Source: Neocallimastix sp. 'constans' (taxonomy: Eukaryota). From it: DNA of 64,000 bases. This document shows, piece by piece, positions 28,650 to 42,700 of this stretch (its first letter is position 1; every line of letters starts with the position of its first letter). The stretch spans positions 124,001 through 188,000 of the forward strand of contig JBODTK010000153.1 of the NCBI GenBank assembly GCA_050613775.1, given 5' to 3'. The notes beneath the pieces are model-generated. The model searched no databases and was not told the origin of the DNA. It was given only the letters and a program-made list of their open reading frames with translations. Made by a program: the position numbers and the translations under genes.

Positions 28650-29434
28650 TAATGAAGTGTATAATATAATAATTTAATGTAGTTATTATTAATTAAAATT
28701 GTTATAAGCAAAGCAAAAAACTTTTTTTTTTATTATTTAAAAGTTGCTTTTTTATTATTAGATTAAAATTAAATTATAAATTTTTATATATGATAATTTT
28801 AATTAATCTTTAGATAAATTATTTTAAATTATTTAATTCAAAAACGGAATGAATTAGTTTATTATTGTCTTAGCATTCTTAGCATCATTATTTTTAACTT
28901 AATTAGTATTTAAAAATAACAGAAAAGATCATAATAATATTATTATTAAATTTATTATAGCAATAGAAATAATAATAATAATAATTAATATATAATAGCA
29001 GAAAAGATCATAATATTATTAGTAATAAAAATAAAAACAATAATAAATACTTTTGTTTTTTTGTTTTTAAAAAAAATTTTTATTTGTTTAATAATAATAA
29101 TAATTATAAAAAATGTAATATATTGCGAAATAACAAAATGTTGTTAAAATAGTAATATTTATAGTTAATATTAACGATCTTTTCATTTGGAATAATTTTT
29201 AACTATCGAATATAAATATCATACTTTAATATATTAAGAAAAGTATAATTTAAAAATTGTATAAATTTTTGAAATAAACATTTAAATAAAAAATACATGA
29301 TTTTTATAAATTTCAAAAATTTATACAATTTTTAAATGTTTTTCAATACTTTATTAAAATTCTATGGGACTTTTTTTATTTATTTATTTAAAGCATTTAA
29401 TTAATATTAAAAATATTCTTATTTTTAAAGAAAA

Positions 29435-32229
29435 TTAATAATTTGATGGTTTACTTTCTACACATTTAAAAATCATTTCAGGATCCATCCAGTCTTCTCT
29501 AGAAACATATTTTTTCTGTTTTTTAATTTTTCTTTCTTTTAATCCTCTTAAAATTGGTCTTCCGATACTATTTAGTTGTCTTATTGAATCAAGAATTATA
29601 TCTGTTTTAAAAAAAAAAAATATTAAGTTATCTCAAATAATGCTAATGAAAACTTTAAAAAAAAAAATAAATATAAGAAAATATTATAATTACGATCTAA
29701 TAATAAACGACTAGTTCTTATTTTATCTACATAATTATTTGATTTATGTGTAAGCCATGGTAAAAAGTAATTTTCTATTTCAGTTTCTCTTGGATCATAA
29801 AAGAATCCATTGTCATTAAGTGTTTCAAATACAGAAGGTATTAAATTAGATAAGTAAGCATTTGTAAACGATCTAGCAGCAATCTTTTCAGCAACTTCCT
29901 TCTTTTCCTCCATTAATTTTAATTTTTCAGCAATTCTACGATTCTAATATTTTTATATATTATTATATTTAATAATATAAATAAAATAATTAATATTAAT
30001 AATAATTAAATTTTATACTTCTTCATATTCATATTTATTAATATACCTTTTCATCAGTTCTTCTTCTTTCTGCATCCTCTAATCTTTGAACTTCGGCTAA
30101 TTCAGCATTTCTTTTTTCTTCAAATTCAACCTTGCATTAATTATTATTGATTTAAAAATATTATATTAATTTTTTTTTAATATTTATAATATTTTTAAAC
30201 ATTCTTATGTAAATATAAATTTGATTTAAGAGTATTTTATGTATTTATTACTTGATGTTTTCTTAACATTTCTAATTCTTCTTCTTCCATTACTTCAATT
30301 AATGCTTGTTCAAGTGTTTTTCCAACAAGAACTTCAAGAATAGGTTCAACCTTGATTATTTAATTTATTAAAATTATTTAATTTACATTATATTATTATT
30401 TGATGAATTTTTTATTTGTTTTTTAATAATAAAATTTAATAAATTTTATATTAAAAATAATAAAATAATTACTTCAAAGTTAAAGTCAAATAATTCGCCA
30501 TCGTAAATCTGTGTTGCTGCATCTATGCCAGATTTTTGAGGTATGTATAAGGGAGATGGTGCTCTATCTAAGAATAGATCTGTTTGAGTAGCAGCAATTG
30601 CTTCTGGAACTTTATCATAAAGTTCTTCTAAATATAAATCAGTTTGAACCTCAACATGACGACGTCCTTCAACTGGTTCAGGAGTTTTAATTCTTCTTTT
30701 TTCAGCTGCTCTTTTACGAGCTTTAGCTCTTCTTTTCATTTCTTCCTGTTTATGTCGTTCCAATGGATCAGGTTCAGAATGCTTTAATATTTATTTAATT
30801 ATTAATCAAAACTTAGTTTTTATGTGTATATTTATAGTATTATATTGATTAATTTTTAAAATATAAATCATATAATTTATAGTAATTACCAATGGTAAAT
30901 TTTTGGCAGCGTATGTATTTCCACGAACAACTCTTGGATCATACATAATATTACATGCTCTTTATAAGATAGTAAACATAGATATACATTAGTAATAAAA
31001 AATTAATATTGTATACAAATATTCATATTTTTAAGATTAAACTTTATTTGAAATAACAATTTTAATTATTCTTTCTTTTTAAATAAAACTATAAATTGAT
31101 TATTATAATAAATAAAATTTACTAATAAAATTAGAAATAATATTTTAATTATTGTAATATTATTAATTTATTTAAGAATTAATAAAAATTAAAATTTAAT
31201 TATTTTTTTGAATTACATTCTTTGCTTTTCTTGATTAAATTCATTCTTTTGAATGGATATCATTTTTTCTAATTCATAGGGGTCTCTGTATTTTCTTCTT
31301 TGAGATGGCGCTTGAATAGCTTTTGGTTCACTTGAAAATTTATAATTTTCAACACCTACAGGTTTTGTAATTGATTGCTTATTTTTAAATGATGAATAGT
31401 ATTCATTTGACATATTATTGTCTTGTTGTTCATATGCTTCTGTAGCTGTATTTTGCTCTTTTGGATCATTAGTAATTTCAGTTATTGGTGATTCTTCTGT
31501 TGTTGGTACTTGTTCTGCCACATCGGTATGAATTTCTGAAAAGTTATCATCAACATTATTTATTGGTGGTGCAACAGTAACTTCTTCAATTAATGATTCC
31601 TTATTTTCTTCAGTTCCTTTATTATCATCACCATTTTCATGAACTTCCGTAGTTTCAGTTTCAACTGTAATTTCATTTGTTGTTGGCTCTTCTTGTGGGT
31701 TTATATTAGTAGTTTCTGCTTCATGAATACTATGAGTACTTCCTTGAGTTTGAATTAATTCTTTATCTTCTTCTTCACTTTTATTATTGATTGTTTCTGA
31801 TGTATCTTCTTTTACTACATCATCATCATTTGTTTTTTCTTTATTTGAGGAATTTTCCGTTTCTTCAGGTACTGTTTTTGTAATTGTTTCATTTATAACA
31901 TTTTCTGGTGATTTTGTTGGTTCTTCATTATCTTCATTTTTCATATTCGTTTCTACTTCATTAATTCCATCTGTTATTTCTTTTGCTTCTTCATTGACTT
32001 CATTTGTCATATCTGTTATTTCTTCATTAACTTCATTTATTATTTCTGTTGTTTCTTCATTAGCTTCATTTACAGCATCTGCTGTTTCTTCGTTAATTTC
32101 GTCTTTTACTTCTTCTACTACTTCTTCTATTATTTCAGAAGGTTGTACTTGTTGAAATTCATTCATATCTGGCACATTTTCTATCACTGTAGTTGTAACT
32201 TCACTTTCTTTTGTATTATCCGATTCCAT
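29435..32229 (-). CDS. RSPH3: Flagellar radial spoke protein 3 with a long acidic N-terminal extension, multi-exon
   Basis: Exon 1 32229-31217 splices to exon 30959-30890, giving NIMYDPRVVRGNTYA. It continues with TPEPVEGRRHVEVQTDLYLEEL..QTDLFLDRAPSPLYIPQKSGIDAATQIYDGELFDF, VEPILEVLVGKTLEQALIEVMEEEEL and GFFYDP..EIENYFLPWL. The last exon ends in TAA at 29435. Confidence 0.94.
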
Positions 32230-34346
32230 ATTATTTAATTTTTATATAAGATATTTATATAAAGATATCTATTAGTTTTATTAAATAATTTTTTTTATTA
32301 TTATAAGCTTTTATAATTTATTATTATTTTTGTTTTAAAAAAAATTTTATTTAAACTTTTTTTTTTCAATGATGACTTGATTTTATTTAAATAAAATTAA
32401 TATGTTATTAAAAATTTTTTTATTATATAAAAATTTAAAAAACTTATTATTAAATAAAAATTAATAAATAAATAAATAAATGGAAAATAAAGTTTTTTTT
32501 TTAAAAAAAATTTTTTTAAAATTTAAATTAATATACAGCTTATATAATTAGGATTTTGAAGAATATTAATAATATTAATTATTTAATAATTACTACATTA
32601 ATAATACAATTGAAAATTAATAATAGTGATATATATATATAATTGTTATTATAATAATACTAATTTTGTTATGAAATAAAAACAAATATATATATATATA
32701 TATAATAATTATAGGAAATATAAACAAATAAATATTTATATAAAGCTACTATATGAGCTAATAAAAGAAACAAAAATATTAATAAATAATATATAATAAT
32801 CAAAATGTTATAATAATAATTATAATAATTATAAAATTATAATAATATAATAATAATAACAGATAAAAATCGATAATGATAGTTAAAGTGGAATGTTATA
32901 AAAAAAAATTAAAAAAAAAATAATTAATTAATTAATTATATATAAGAAAAAAATAATATCATCATATTTATTCTAAGAAAAATTATATAAAAATTTGTTA
33001 TTTTTAAATTTTTTCTATTTTATTTTGTTTTATTATTTTAAAGTTATATATATAAATTTATTATTATTAAAAAAAAATATATAAAATTCTTTTTTTTTTT
33101 TCTTACATATTTTTTTTTTTTTTTTTTGATTATTCTGTTTATTATTTGTTTTATTTTTTATTTTTTTTTTATTTTTTTTTTTTTATTTTTTTTTTTATTT
33201 TTATTTTTATTTTTTTTTTGGTATCATATTTTATTTAATCAAATATTGTATTTCATTTTTTAATATTTATATATTTACTATTTATTTATTTATTATCGTT
33301 TTTTTAAATTACATGGAAAATTTGAAAAAGAAAAATTAAAATAACAAAATCATTGTTTTTAATTTATTTTTTATATTATTGTTAATATGATTAATGAAGC
33401 TAATTTATTTTCACAATAATTAATATATGAATATGTATTATAATATAAAAGTAACCTTTAAATATAATATTAATATTAATATTATAAAAAAATATATCAA
33501 TTTCGATATATTTTTATTTTAATTTGATAAATACTTATTTATATTTGTTAATTAATAATTTATATATAAATAAAATTTTTGTATGTATTACGGTAATATT
33601 TTAATTGATATAGTATTATCAATTTACTGACCTGATGTTATTCCGGGAAAACTATACGTAATAATGAATTTGGTAAAATTGCATAAACTAATATTTTTAA
33701 AATTTAATTTAAAATTAATGTATATATTATTAATAAACAGTTAATAATTATTTAATTATAAAATTATTAAAAAAATTTAATATTTACAGCTGATAGAATC
33801 CATACATTTAATCCGTAACCATAAAGACAGTATAAATCAATTAGTCTTAGAGAGAAATTGTGAAATATTTACATAAGAACCAAATATTTAAAGGAATAAT
33901 ATCAATATAAGTGTATACAGTAACTGATACAGTTGATAATAAAGTAAAGTCATAATTATATGTTCCATCACCTTTCTATCCTTTAAATATGTCACTAAGG
34001 AATTGAGGTAATAAATTTACATAGTTATACAGTATTAAATTATAAAATTTTTTAGATTTAAAATTATATTTATAAAAATAATATTTACTTACTTATCACA
34101 ACCAAGATTATAATTATTTTAATTTGTAGTCATTTTTCCAATGTTTTCCAATAGAAATCTCGATTATTTTTTTTTTAACAATAAAAAAAAAATATTTGTT
34201 TCTATTATAATTATATTTATTTTCCTAATTGAAAATATATAAACTTTGAAATTAAAGATCATTTATAGCCTTTTTTTTAGGTGTATTCAATAATAATTAT
34301 AATTAAAGATATTTATAAAAAATTATTATTTTAGCTTTACATTTCT

Positions 34347-34382
<36 letters not shown>

Positions 34383-34819
34383 CATTTATTTATTTTATTT
34401 TTATTTATTATAACTTTATAATATTTTGATAACGTTTATAATTTATTGATATTCAATATTAAATACTTGGTTTATATCCAAATCAAGAATTGTTAAATAG
34501 TTTGGATCTATACTTAATTTATTTATAAAATATTATTATTTAGAATTTAAAATCTCACTATCTTTATTTATTTTATTTTATATTATCAAAAAATATTAAT
34601 TATTTATATTATATTTAATTAAATTCATTTAATAAATACTATTGTTTGTTTTTTCAAAAGAATAATTCATATATTCCATTCTTTATCTATTCTTAATGAT
34701 TAATAAAAAAATATATATTAAAAATAAGTTTTTATGACACAGAATATAAAATTTATTGTATTTTATAAAACTAAAATAAGTGAATTAGTTAATGAAAATG
34801 TAATAGAAAAAGAGGCAGA

Positions 34820-36681
34820 AATGAAAAATGTGAGTTTTGTATTCTATTTATAGATTTTCTAGGTCATCGTATATCTCCCGATGGTATATATATTGACCCT
34901 AAGAAAGTTTTGTCTATCATGGAATAGCCTACTCCAACTAACGTAAGGGAAGTTCAATCATTTTTAGGACTTGCCAACTACTATCGTCGTTTCATTTCTG
35001 ACTTCGCCAAGATTGCCCATCCTCTCAATGCTTTATTAAAGAAGAATGTTAAATTTGACTGGTCTAATGAAACTAAAAATGCATTTCAGTCTATCAAATC
35101 AAAATTTTTTTTCTGCTTCGATTTTAGCCTATCCTTATCGCAATATTCCTTTATGGCTGAAACCGACAGTAGCAACATTGCCATTGGTGCTATACTCTCT
35201 CAAAAATCTCCCAATGATAATAAAATTCATCCAATAGCCTTCTACTCTAGTCTCTTATCCCCGCTGAAAGAAATTATCCCATCTAAGACAAAGAACTTTT
35301 AGTTATAATTTCCTCCAAAGAGCAATGGCAACGTTAACTTAAAAGTACTTCCACTCCGTTTACAATTTACTCCGAATAACGAAATTTACTCTACCAGTAG
35401 AAGCCAGAGAAAATAACACAAAGACTTGATGGCTGGTCACTATTCCTTACTAAATTTAATTTCAAAGTTACTTACCCATCTTGATCTCTTAATGGAAAGC
35501 TCGATACTTTATCAAGACGCCCAGACTACACTACTTCCGATCCAAATTCTGATGATATTCCCTTTCTCTGTTATCTGCCCAGAAAACTTTTCCGCTTTTC
35601 CAATCTCTGCTGAAACATTTTTTGAAAAAATCTTTTCCGAATAAACCTATCCATTTTATCATTCCATTTGCGATTACTTAAAAAACAAGAAATTACCTGT
35701 CCTTCATTCAAAAATTAAGAAATTCTCAATTAGTAACAGCTATTTACTTTTCCAAAATAAAATTTGTGTTCCTTCAAACGGCCGATCTTTATCCTTGAAA
35801 TTTTGTCATGGCTCTCCATCCGACAGCAATTTAGGTTATAAAAAGACTATTAATCTCTTAAATCATGACTCTTGGTGGCCTTTTCTTAACTCTTGTATTC
35901 AAGACTACATCCGATCTTGCGAAACTTGTTGTCGTTCAAAGGTACCTCGACATAAACCTTATGAATTTTTACAACCTTTGGAAACCCCTTCTCAACCTTG
36001 GTCTTCCGTCTCTATGGAAAAATTATCTCTATTTAGCTGTATTCAGTTACAACAATGCTATCCAGAAATCTTCTAATTATTCTCCTTTCTTTGCAAATTA
36101 CGGTTAAAACCCTAGACATTCTCCTGAAATTCCAAGTAGCATAAATGTTCCTAGAGATGAAAAGTTTGTGAAGAACTTAACAGATATATCTAAAGAATTA
36201 AAGAAGAACTTATAATCTGTATGCAAAAAGCAAGAAGAATATGTAAATAGACAAAAGTAAACCTCCAGAATTTCAAATAAACGATAAAGTTTGGCTAAAT
36301 AGTTCTTTAGTACTCAGAAATAAAAACATGAAACTTAAAGCGGGAAAACTTGGTCCATTCAAAATCATCCATAAAGTATCATCAGTTACCTATAAATTAG
36401 ATCTTCAGAAGAAATTAAGAATTCATCCCATTATTCATGTCTCAGAAATTGAACCCTACTATGAAGATACTTTTAGAAGAAATCAACCATCACCACCAGT
36501 AATAGTCAACAATGAAGAAGAATATGAAGTTGAGAAGATATTGGGTAAAAGAACTTACTATGGAAAAATCCAATATTTAATCAAATGGAAAGGATACGAA
36601 ATTTCAGAATCTTCATGGGAATCTGAATCCAATTTAAATTTCCCCGAACTTCTTAAATATTTCAATTCAAGGAATAAATAA
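34820..36681 (+). mobile_element. Decayed Ty3/gypsy chromovirus pol fragment (end of RT, RNase H, partial integrase, chromodomain)
   Basis: EKCEF..IDFLGHRISPDG, VQSFLGLANYYRRFI, ETDSSNIAIGAILSQ, zinc-finger CETCCRSK, GPFKI, IHPIIHVSEIEPY and chromodomain EEEYEVEKIL..QYLIKWKGY. Numerous stops and frameshifts, the integrase core is deleted near 36020, and no LTRs were recognised. Confidence 0.92.
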
Positions 36682-36709
36682 CAAAAAATATTTTATTTTA
36701 TTTAAACTC

Positions 36710-36825
36710 TTATTAATATCAAAATATTATTAATATCAACCTTTATTTTTTCATCACTTTATTAATATCAATTAAAATATTATTAATATCAAAATTAAAT
36801 TTAAATATTTTATTAATATCAAATT
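36710..36825 (+). repeat. Dispersed short direct repeats TATTAATATCAA (about 5 copies) just 3' of the chromovirus remnant
   Basis: The motif recurs at about 36711, 36728, 36760, 36781 and 36811. Confidence 0.6.
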
Positions 36826-37289
36826 ATTTTATTATTTAATTAAAGTATTTTTAAGTATATATTATATTTTTTAATATATAAAAAAATATTTATTTAAATA
36901 TTTATTTGATATTAATTTTTATTAATAAATTAGTATTAATTATTCAATTTTTTTTTTTAATTATCAAATGTTTCTAAGAAAATATTTTTATTTTTTATAT
37001 ACTAAAAAATAAATATTTATATAATTATTTATTATTTATATTTAATTATTTTATTATTTATATTTAATTATTTTATTATTTATATTTAATTATTTTTTAT
37101 TTATATTTAATTATTAATTATTTATTATAGATAAATTAATATTTATTATAAATAAATTAATATTTATTCAATTTTTTTTGTTAAAAAATTTAATGTCTTA
37201 AAAATTTTTTCTTAATTACTTTTTAATAATCAATACAGTTTTATTTATTTCAAAGACTAATTATAATTTATTTATTTATGGTGTTAAAT

Positions 37290-37720
37290 TACAATAAAAA
37301 CGTCAAATTGTCAAATTCAACTTTCTGAAATGCACCATATCCTATATATGATTGTATGTACATCTCATGAATATTTCATGTACATTTCATGTACATTTCA
37401 TACCATATATACAGTATTTTAACTTTTTTATACATATATACCATTAGATCCAAAATACCTTCATTTATAGGTAGTTTTGAGGAGCATAATATGGGTAACA
37501 GAGACCCTACATTCTCAAGTACTCCAAATATGCGAACGTGGTCTGTTGTATCCTGATGCTGATCAGGAATAACTTGAGAAGTGAGTGGTAATATATGAGA
37601 GTATTTATAATTATTACCTAAATTCATCAAATTTAGGTAATAATTGTAATGTGTCAAATTTGACAAGATGATGTTACAAGTACAATACATTGGGCATAGA
37701 GTTGATACGTTTTTTTATAT
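37290..37720. other. GC-richer, hairpin-dense non-coding island (LTR/MITE relic or structured RNA)
   Basis: Perfect 16-bp stem AATTATTACCTAAATT/AATTTAGGTAATAATT (37609-37645), TCCTGAT/ATCAGGA (37551-37568), TTCTCAAGT/ACTTGAGAA (37512-37580), palindrome TGTCAAATTTGACA (37652-37665), and LTR-like ends GGTAACA (37494) .. TGTTACA (37678). Confidence 0.45.
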
Positions 37721-39084
37721 AAATTTTATATCAAATTAAATGTTTATTTAATTTTTCCAATCCAAAAGAACCGAAGTGAAAACTGTAAATAATTAAGTGT
37801 GAGATATTTAGAAAATCTTAAAAATTAAATAAATACTTCATATGAATTTATTGTTGACTTTTTTACATAAAATGTTATTCTCTCAATAAACCTTTCATAT
37901 CTTTTCATAGAATTTACCCTTTCATATCTATTTTAAAAATAATAAGTTTTAATTCCAAAAAAAATGTTTTGTGAATATTAATAAAATTTTATAATTTAAT
38001 TAAATAAAAAAAAAAGTGATAATAAAAGTAATTTTGTTATATATTAGTATATTAATTTTTTTTTTTTTACTTATAAACATATTTATATATATTAAATTTT
38101 AAATATTACTAAAGATCATTTTTGTTTTGAGTTTTTAATCTTTTAATTTTACAAATAAATTTATTCTTGTTAAATTATATAATAATCAAGATTATATAGA
38201 CATGCTTTATAAATTTTATTGTAAATAAATTACATGTTATAATAAATGTTTGAATAATGGATTCTTCTTAAATAAATAAAAATATAATAAATAATATATA
38301 TAAAATATATATCTAATTGAGCTAGTTTTAACAAAATAAATTATTCATAATAAGAAACTCTTAATAATTATTAAAATAAATTTTATTTTAAATTATTTAT
38401 ATTATATTGATAATAAAAGAAGTTTTTATTTTATTTTTATTTTTATTTCATATTTCATTTTTCTTATTCATTAGCATTTCATACAAATATACATTATTCT
38501 TAATATCAAAAGACAGAAAAAAATTATTTATAAAATAAAAATAAAATATCATTTATAATTACATAGTAAATATGAATATATATATCAAGTTTTATTAATG
38601 ATATTAACTTTTTTTAAAAAATTTTTTTTGTTGTTTTTATATTTTTAATACAATTTTTTATTTATAGTAATAAAAATATAATATCATGAATTTTATAATT
38701 ACATTGTATAAATATATATATAAAGTTTTATTTATGATATTATCTTTTTTAAATTTTTTCTTAATTTTTTTTTATTTTTTTTTATTTCTATTATTGACGT
38801 ATATTTTTACTGATTGTTTATTTTTGTTATTTTTTTAAATAAATTTTTTAATTCTTGCTATTTTTATATATAATTAATATATAAAAAGAATTCTTATTTT
38901 AAAAAAAAATTTTTTTTTAAAATAATAGTTGTTTCTTCTAATAATATAAAATATATTTGTATTTTATAAAGATTTTTAAAACTATTTATAACTTTATATT
39001 TATATTAAATAAATTTTATGTTATTTCATTTTTCCTTAAAAAAATAATATATATTTCTTGGAAAAATAAAAAATAAAAATTAAA

Positions 39085-39153
<69 letters not shown>

Positions 39154-39280
39154 AACTTAAATAAGTTATAAATATTTTATCTAAAAAAGTACATTAAAAA
39201 TTAAAATTAAATTAAATAATAAAATATACTATTATTTATAATATATATATAAATTTTAATGAATAAATAGTTTATAAGAT

Positions 39281-39331
<51 letters not shown>

Positions 39332-39714
39332 TATAATTAAGTAATTTTTTTAGAGATTTTGTATTATATTAAATTTGAATTTATAGTAACCATTCTTTTA
39401 TATATTTTTAGATAATTTTCAATTTTTATTTAATTTATTATTTATTATATTTGTTTTTTTACGTTTTTAATATATATATATATTTATTATATTTAAATTT
39501 TGAAGAATATCCAAATTTTTCAATATTATTTTTTTTTATTTCTTCAGCAGTTTTAATGGCAATTATTATTATATTTGTTAATTTATTATTTTTAATATTG
39601 GTTTATAATTTAAATTTTGAATAAACTCCTTTTTGTCTTGTAACATTGTTATTTCTACTATTGTTTAATAAATTATATTAAAATATTGTAATTGTTGTTA
39701 AATAAATATCATTA

Positions 39715-42700
39715 TTATTGAATAGTAACTCTTGCCGCATTTGGTTTTGAACGAATTCTTGATGCTGGTGCATTTGGTTCCAACCCATTTCTACCTGGCA
39801 TACCTGAATGAATATTTTCAGTACGAATAGAACTCTTAATATCCATAGATTGTAACACTTGACTTTGTATAGATTGATTAGCTGGTCTACCATTACGGGA
39901 TTTCTTTGGTTTATTCTCTTTTCTTTTAAGTAATCTTTGATATACTCGATTACGTAATTCTTGATCGATATATAATGGCTTCTTGTAATCTTCTGGTTTT
40001 ATTTTATCATATGAAAATAAATCATATTGGTATATAGTTTTAGTAACGGTTTCAATACTCTTAATCATATTTTCACGCTCTGTGTCATCTGGGGTATATT
40101 GAGCAATTTTGGTATAAAGGAAAGCGTTATAAAATGGAGTTCTTAATTTCGGAGAAGAACTTTCATCTATTAAACCTGAACGCCATTCAGTTAAGGCATT
40201 ACCTACATTACCATTGATAAGTTGATAAAGACCTCGACATAAAGCTAGCATTGGTAATGCAATAATATATGAATTAAAGAATCTTTCCAAATCATGTGTA
40301 AGGGTAAATAAGATACCTAAACATATAATACAATGTTCATTTTCTGATTCAAAAATACCTTGATCATATGCTAAATATAATATGTTAATAAAATGTGGTA
40401 AACTAACTAAAGTACCCCAACTCGCGTGACTTAATCTATCAAGAAGACGTACTACACGAGCAAGTGAATTCCATGTATCTTCTAAAATTTCAATGTTAAA
40501 TCTAAAGTAAACTTCACAAATTAATCCATAGAAAATAAGTTGTACACTGAAGTTACCTGTATTTGGACTTTGTCCTAAAGAACAAATTTTCTTAATTAAA
40601 GATAAAATGACGTTCATTTCTTCTTCTTCATTTGAAGATGTGTAATTAAATAATATAAGAGAAAGAGCTAAACATTGAGTTTTCCATAACTTTCTCTTAT
40701 TAAACATTTCTACTGCAGTTTTCATACTTCTTTCGATGTAGCCACCATGAAATTCTGTAAAGGATTTTAAAACCCATGCTTTATCACCAAGATACATTTC
40801 ACCTAGATCACCTGACATCTTGATAAGTGTTTCCCAATGATAAAATGCACGTTGCCAGTCACCGAGAGCGAAGTAAGCTTGAGCTAAGCAATCATATGCG
40901 TACAAGTGATATGATGTTATTGGGTTGTAATGTTCAGCTAAAATTTCCTCAGCTTTTTGTAAAGCTTTCATACTGACTTGAGTTTCGCTAACATTATTAA
41001 TATTAGTAACAATATCTAATCCATACATAGATAAAATTTGAGCATAGTTCGGATCAGGCTCTAAATATGAAGACCATTTAATAGCCATTTTTATAGCCAT
41101 TCTAAATTGAGTAAGTTTATGTAATGTATTATATGTTTCACAAAGAACAAGTAAATATTTTCTATTAATTTCAGCATGGTGTTTAGTTTTCTCGGATTTA
41201 GTTTCAGTGGTACTAAAGTTTCTTTTACATATTAAATAATGATTAAAATTTATTTTCTTCTCAGCCCACCATGTTTGAAGTTTCTTTTCTGGTAAGCGAA
41301 TATTAATTAATAATAATGCAACTACAATATGATTCTCGGCTTCATGATACTTTAATAAGGAAAGATAAGCCTCGGCAATTTGACAGTGCCATTCACTAAT
41401 TCTCCAATTACTTATTGTAAATGGGAAAGTATATTGATCTGTCTCATACATTCTTAGAAGCATTCTATAATACTTTAAAGTTTCAGTCATAGACTTTATC
41501 TTATAGAAGTACTGGCAAACCATTTCAAGATACTTCTTAGTATTAACTTTATCATTAGTATGAGAATAATGTTCATAAATAGTTGATAACAGTTCTTGAT
41601 TTTTTTGAGTATCTTCTTCATATAAACTTTCGTAATATTTTGCGTAGAACATATGAATTTCTTCTCTAACTTGATTTGTCATCATTTTATAAATAGCTTG
41701 TTGAACCATATCACTCACAAAAGAATATATAGATTCCTGATAATTTTCTTTTTCATCAACTACAAGCTTAATGAAATTATATTTATCATATTCAGCAAAA
41801 AGTGTTTCCATATTTGGGGGCTCACTATCGTCATTAAGGTTTAAGTAAGGGAATTTTTCTTCACTGTAATAGTCTTGAGTAACAATATACCTTTTTACAT
41901 CAGAAAGCTTGAATTGTGCTAAAACAGTAGCTACTCTTAAGAAGTTTTGAAAATTAGTATCTAATTTATCAAATTCATTAACTACAACTGTTTCAATACC
42001 ACCGAAAGGAATAACATTTTCAAGTTCTTGTGGATCTTCGGAATCTTGATGATACCTTAATGAACCGTCCGTTGCTAGGTAAAAACTTGGTAGTTCCAAA
42101 AGCCATGATATCATTCTTTTAATATATGTTGGTGCGCCTTGAGTTCTTTCATAAATAATTTCTAAAATAGACTGAGAAACACCAGTGCATTTTTGTGCAA
42201 ATTTAGCTGTACATGCATCTTTGATCATTTCACAAGCGGCGTCTTCAGAAATACCATTAAGAGTAATAATGATTGCTTTTGGCATTTTTAATATTCCTTG
42301 GAAAATTTCTAAAGATTTTTCATTAGAAGGATAGCTTGACTCAGGATACGTTACAAGAGTAATTAAAATTTTTGCATTACATTTTAGAATGCATTCTGTT
42401 AATCTCCAAGAAAAGAAATCCATAAATTGAATTTGATCAATACATAAAAGGAGGGGGATTTTATATGATAATTTAACTAAAATTCTTATTATCAGACTAT
42501 TTAATTCATTTGCTTGTATTTGGGGGTCAGTCTTTTCATCTTTATATTTTTCAAGTTCTGAATATATCATTGAAAATAAAGTAATATATTCTCGGCTTTC
42601 ACCCATAAAGTTCAATAAAATATTTAAATCATTTTCTATAGAAGATTTATCATCATTTAATAGATCCATTGAAGTCCTTTTCTTTTTATCTTCTTCTGTT

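Noticed and set aside
37376..37690. 104-aa minus-strand ORF as a gene
   Set aside because: No recognisable motif. It overlaps hairpins and tandem repeats of the non-coding island, where higher GC makes chance ORFs likelier.
39109..39329. Poly(A)/poly(T) pair as a foldback element
   Set aside because: Long homopolymers occur throughout the window. There are no complex TIRs or TSD, so the pairing is likely coincidental.
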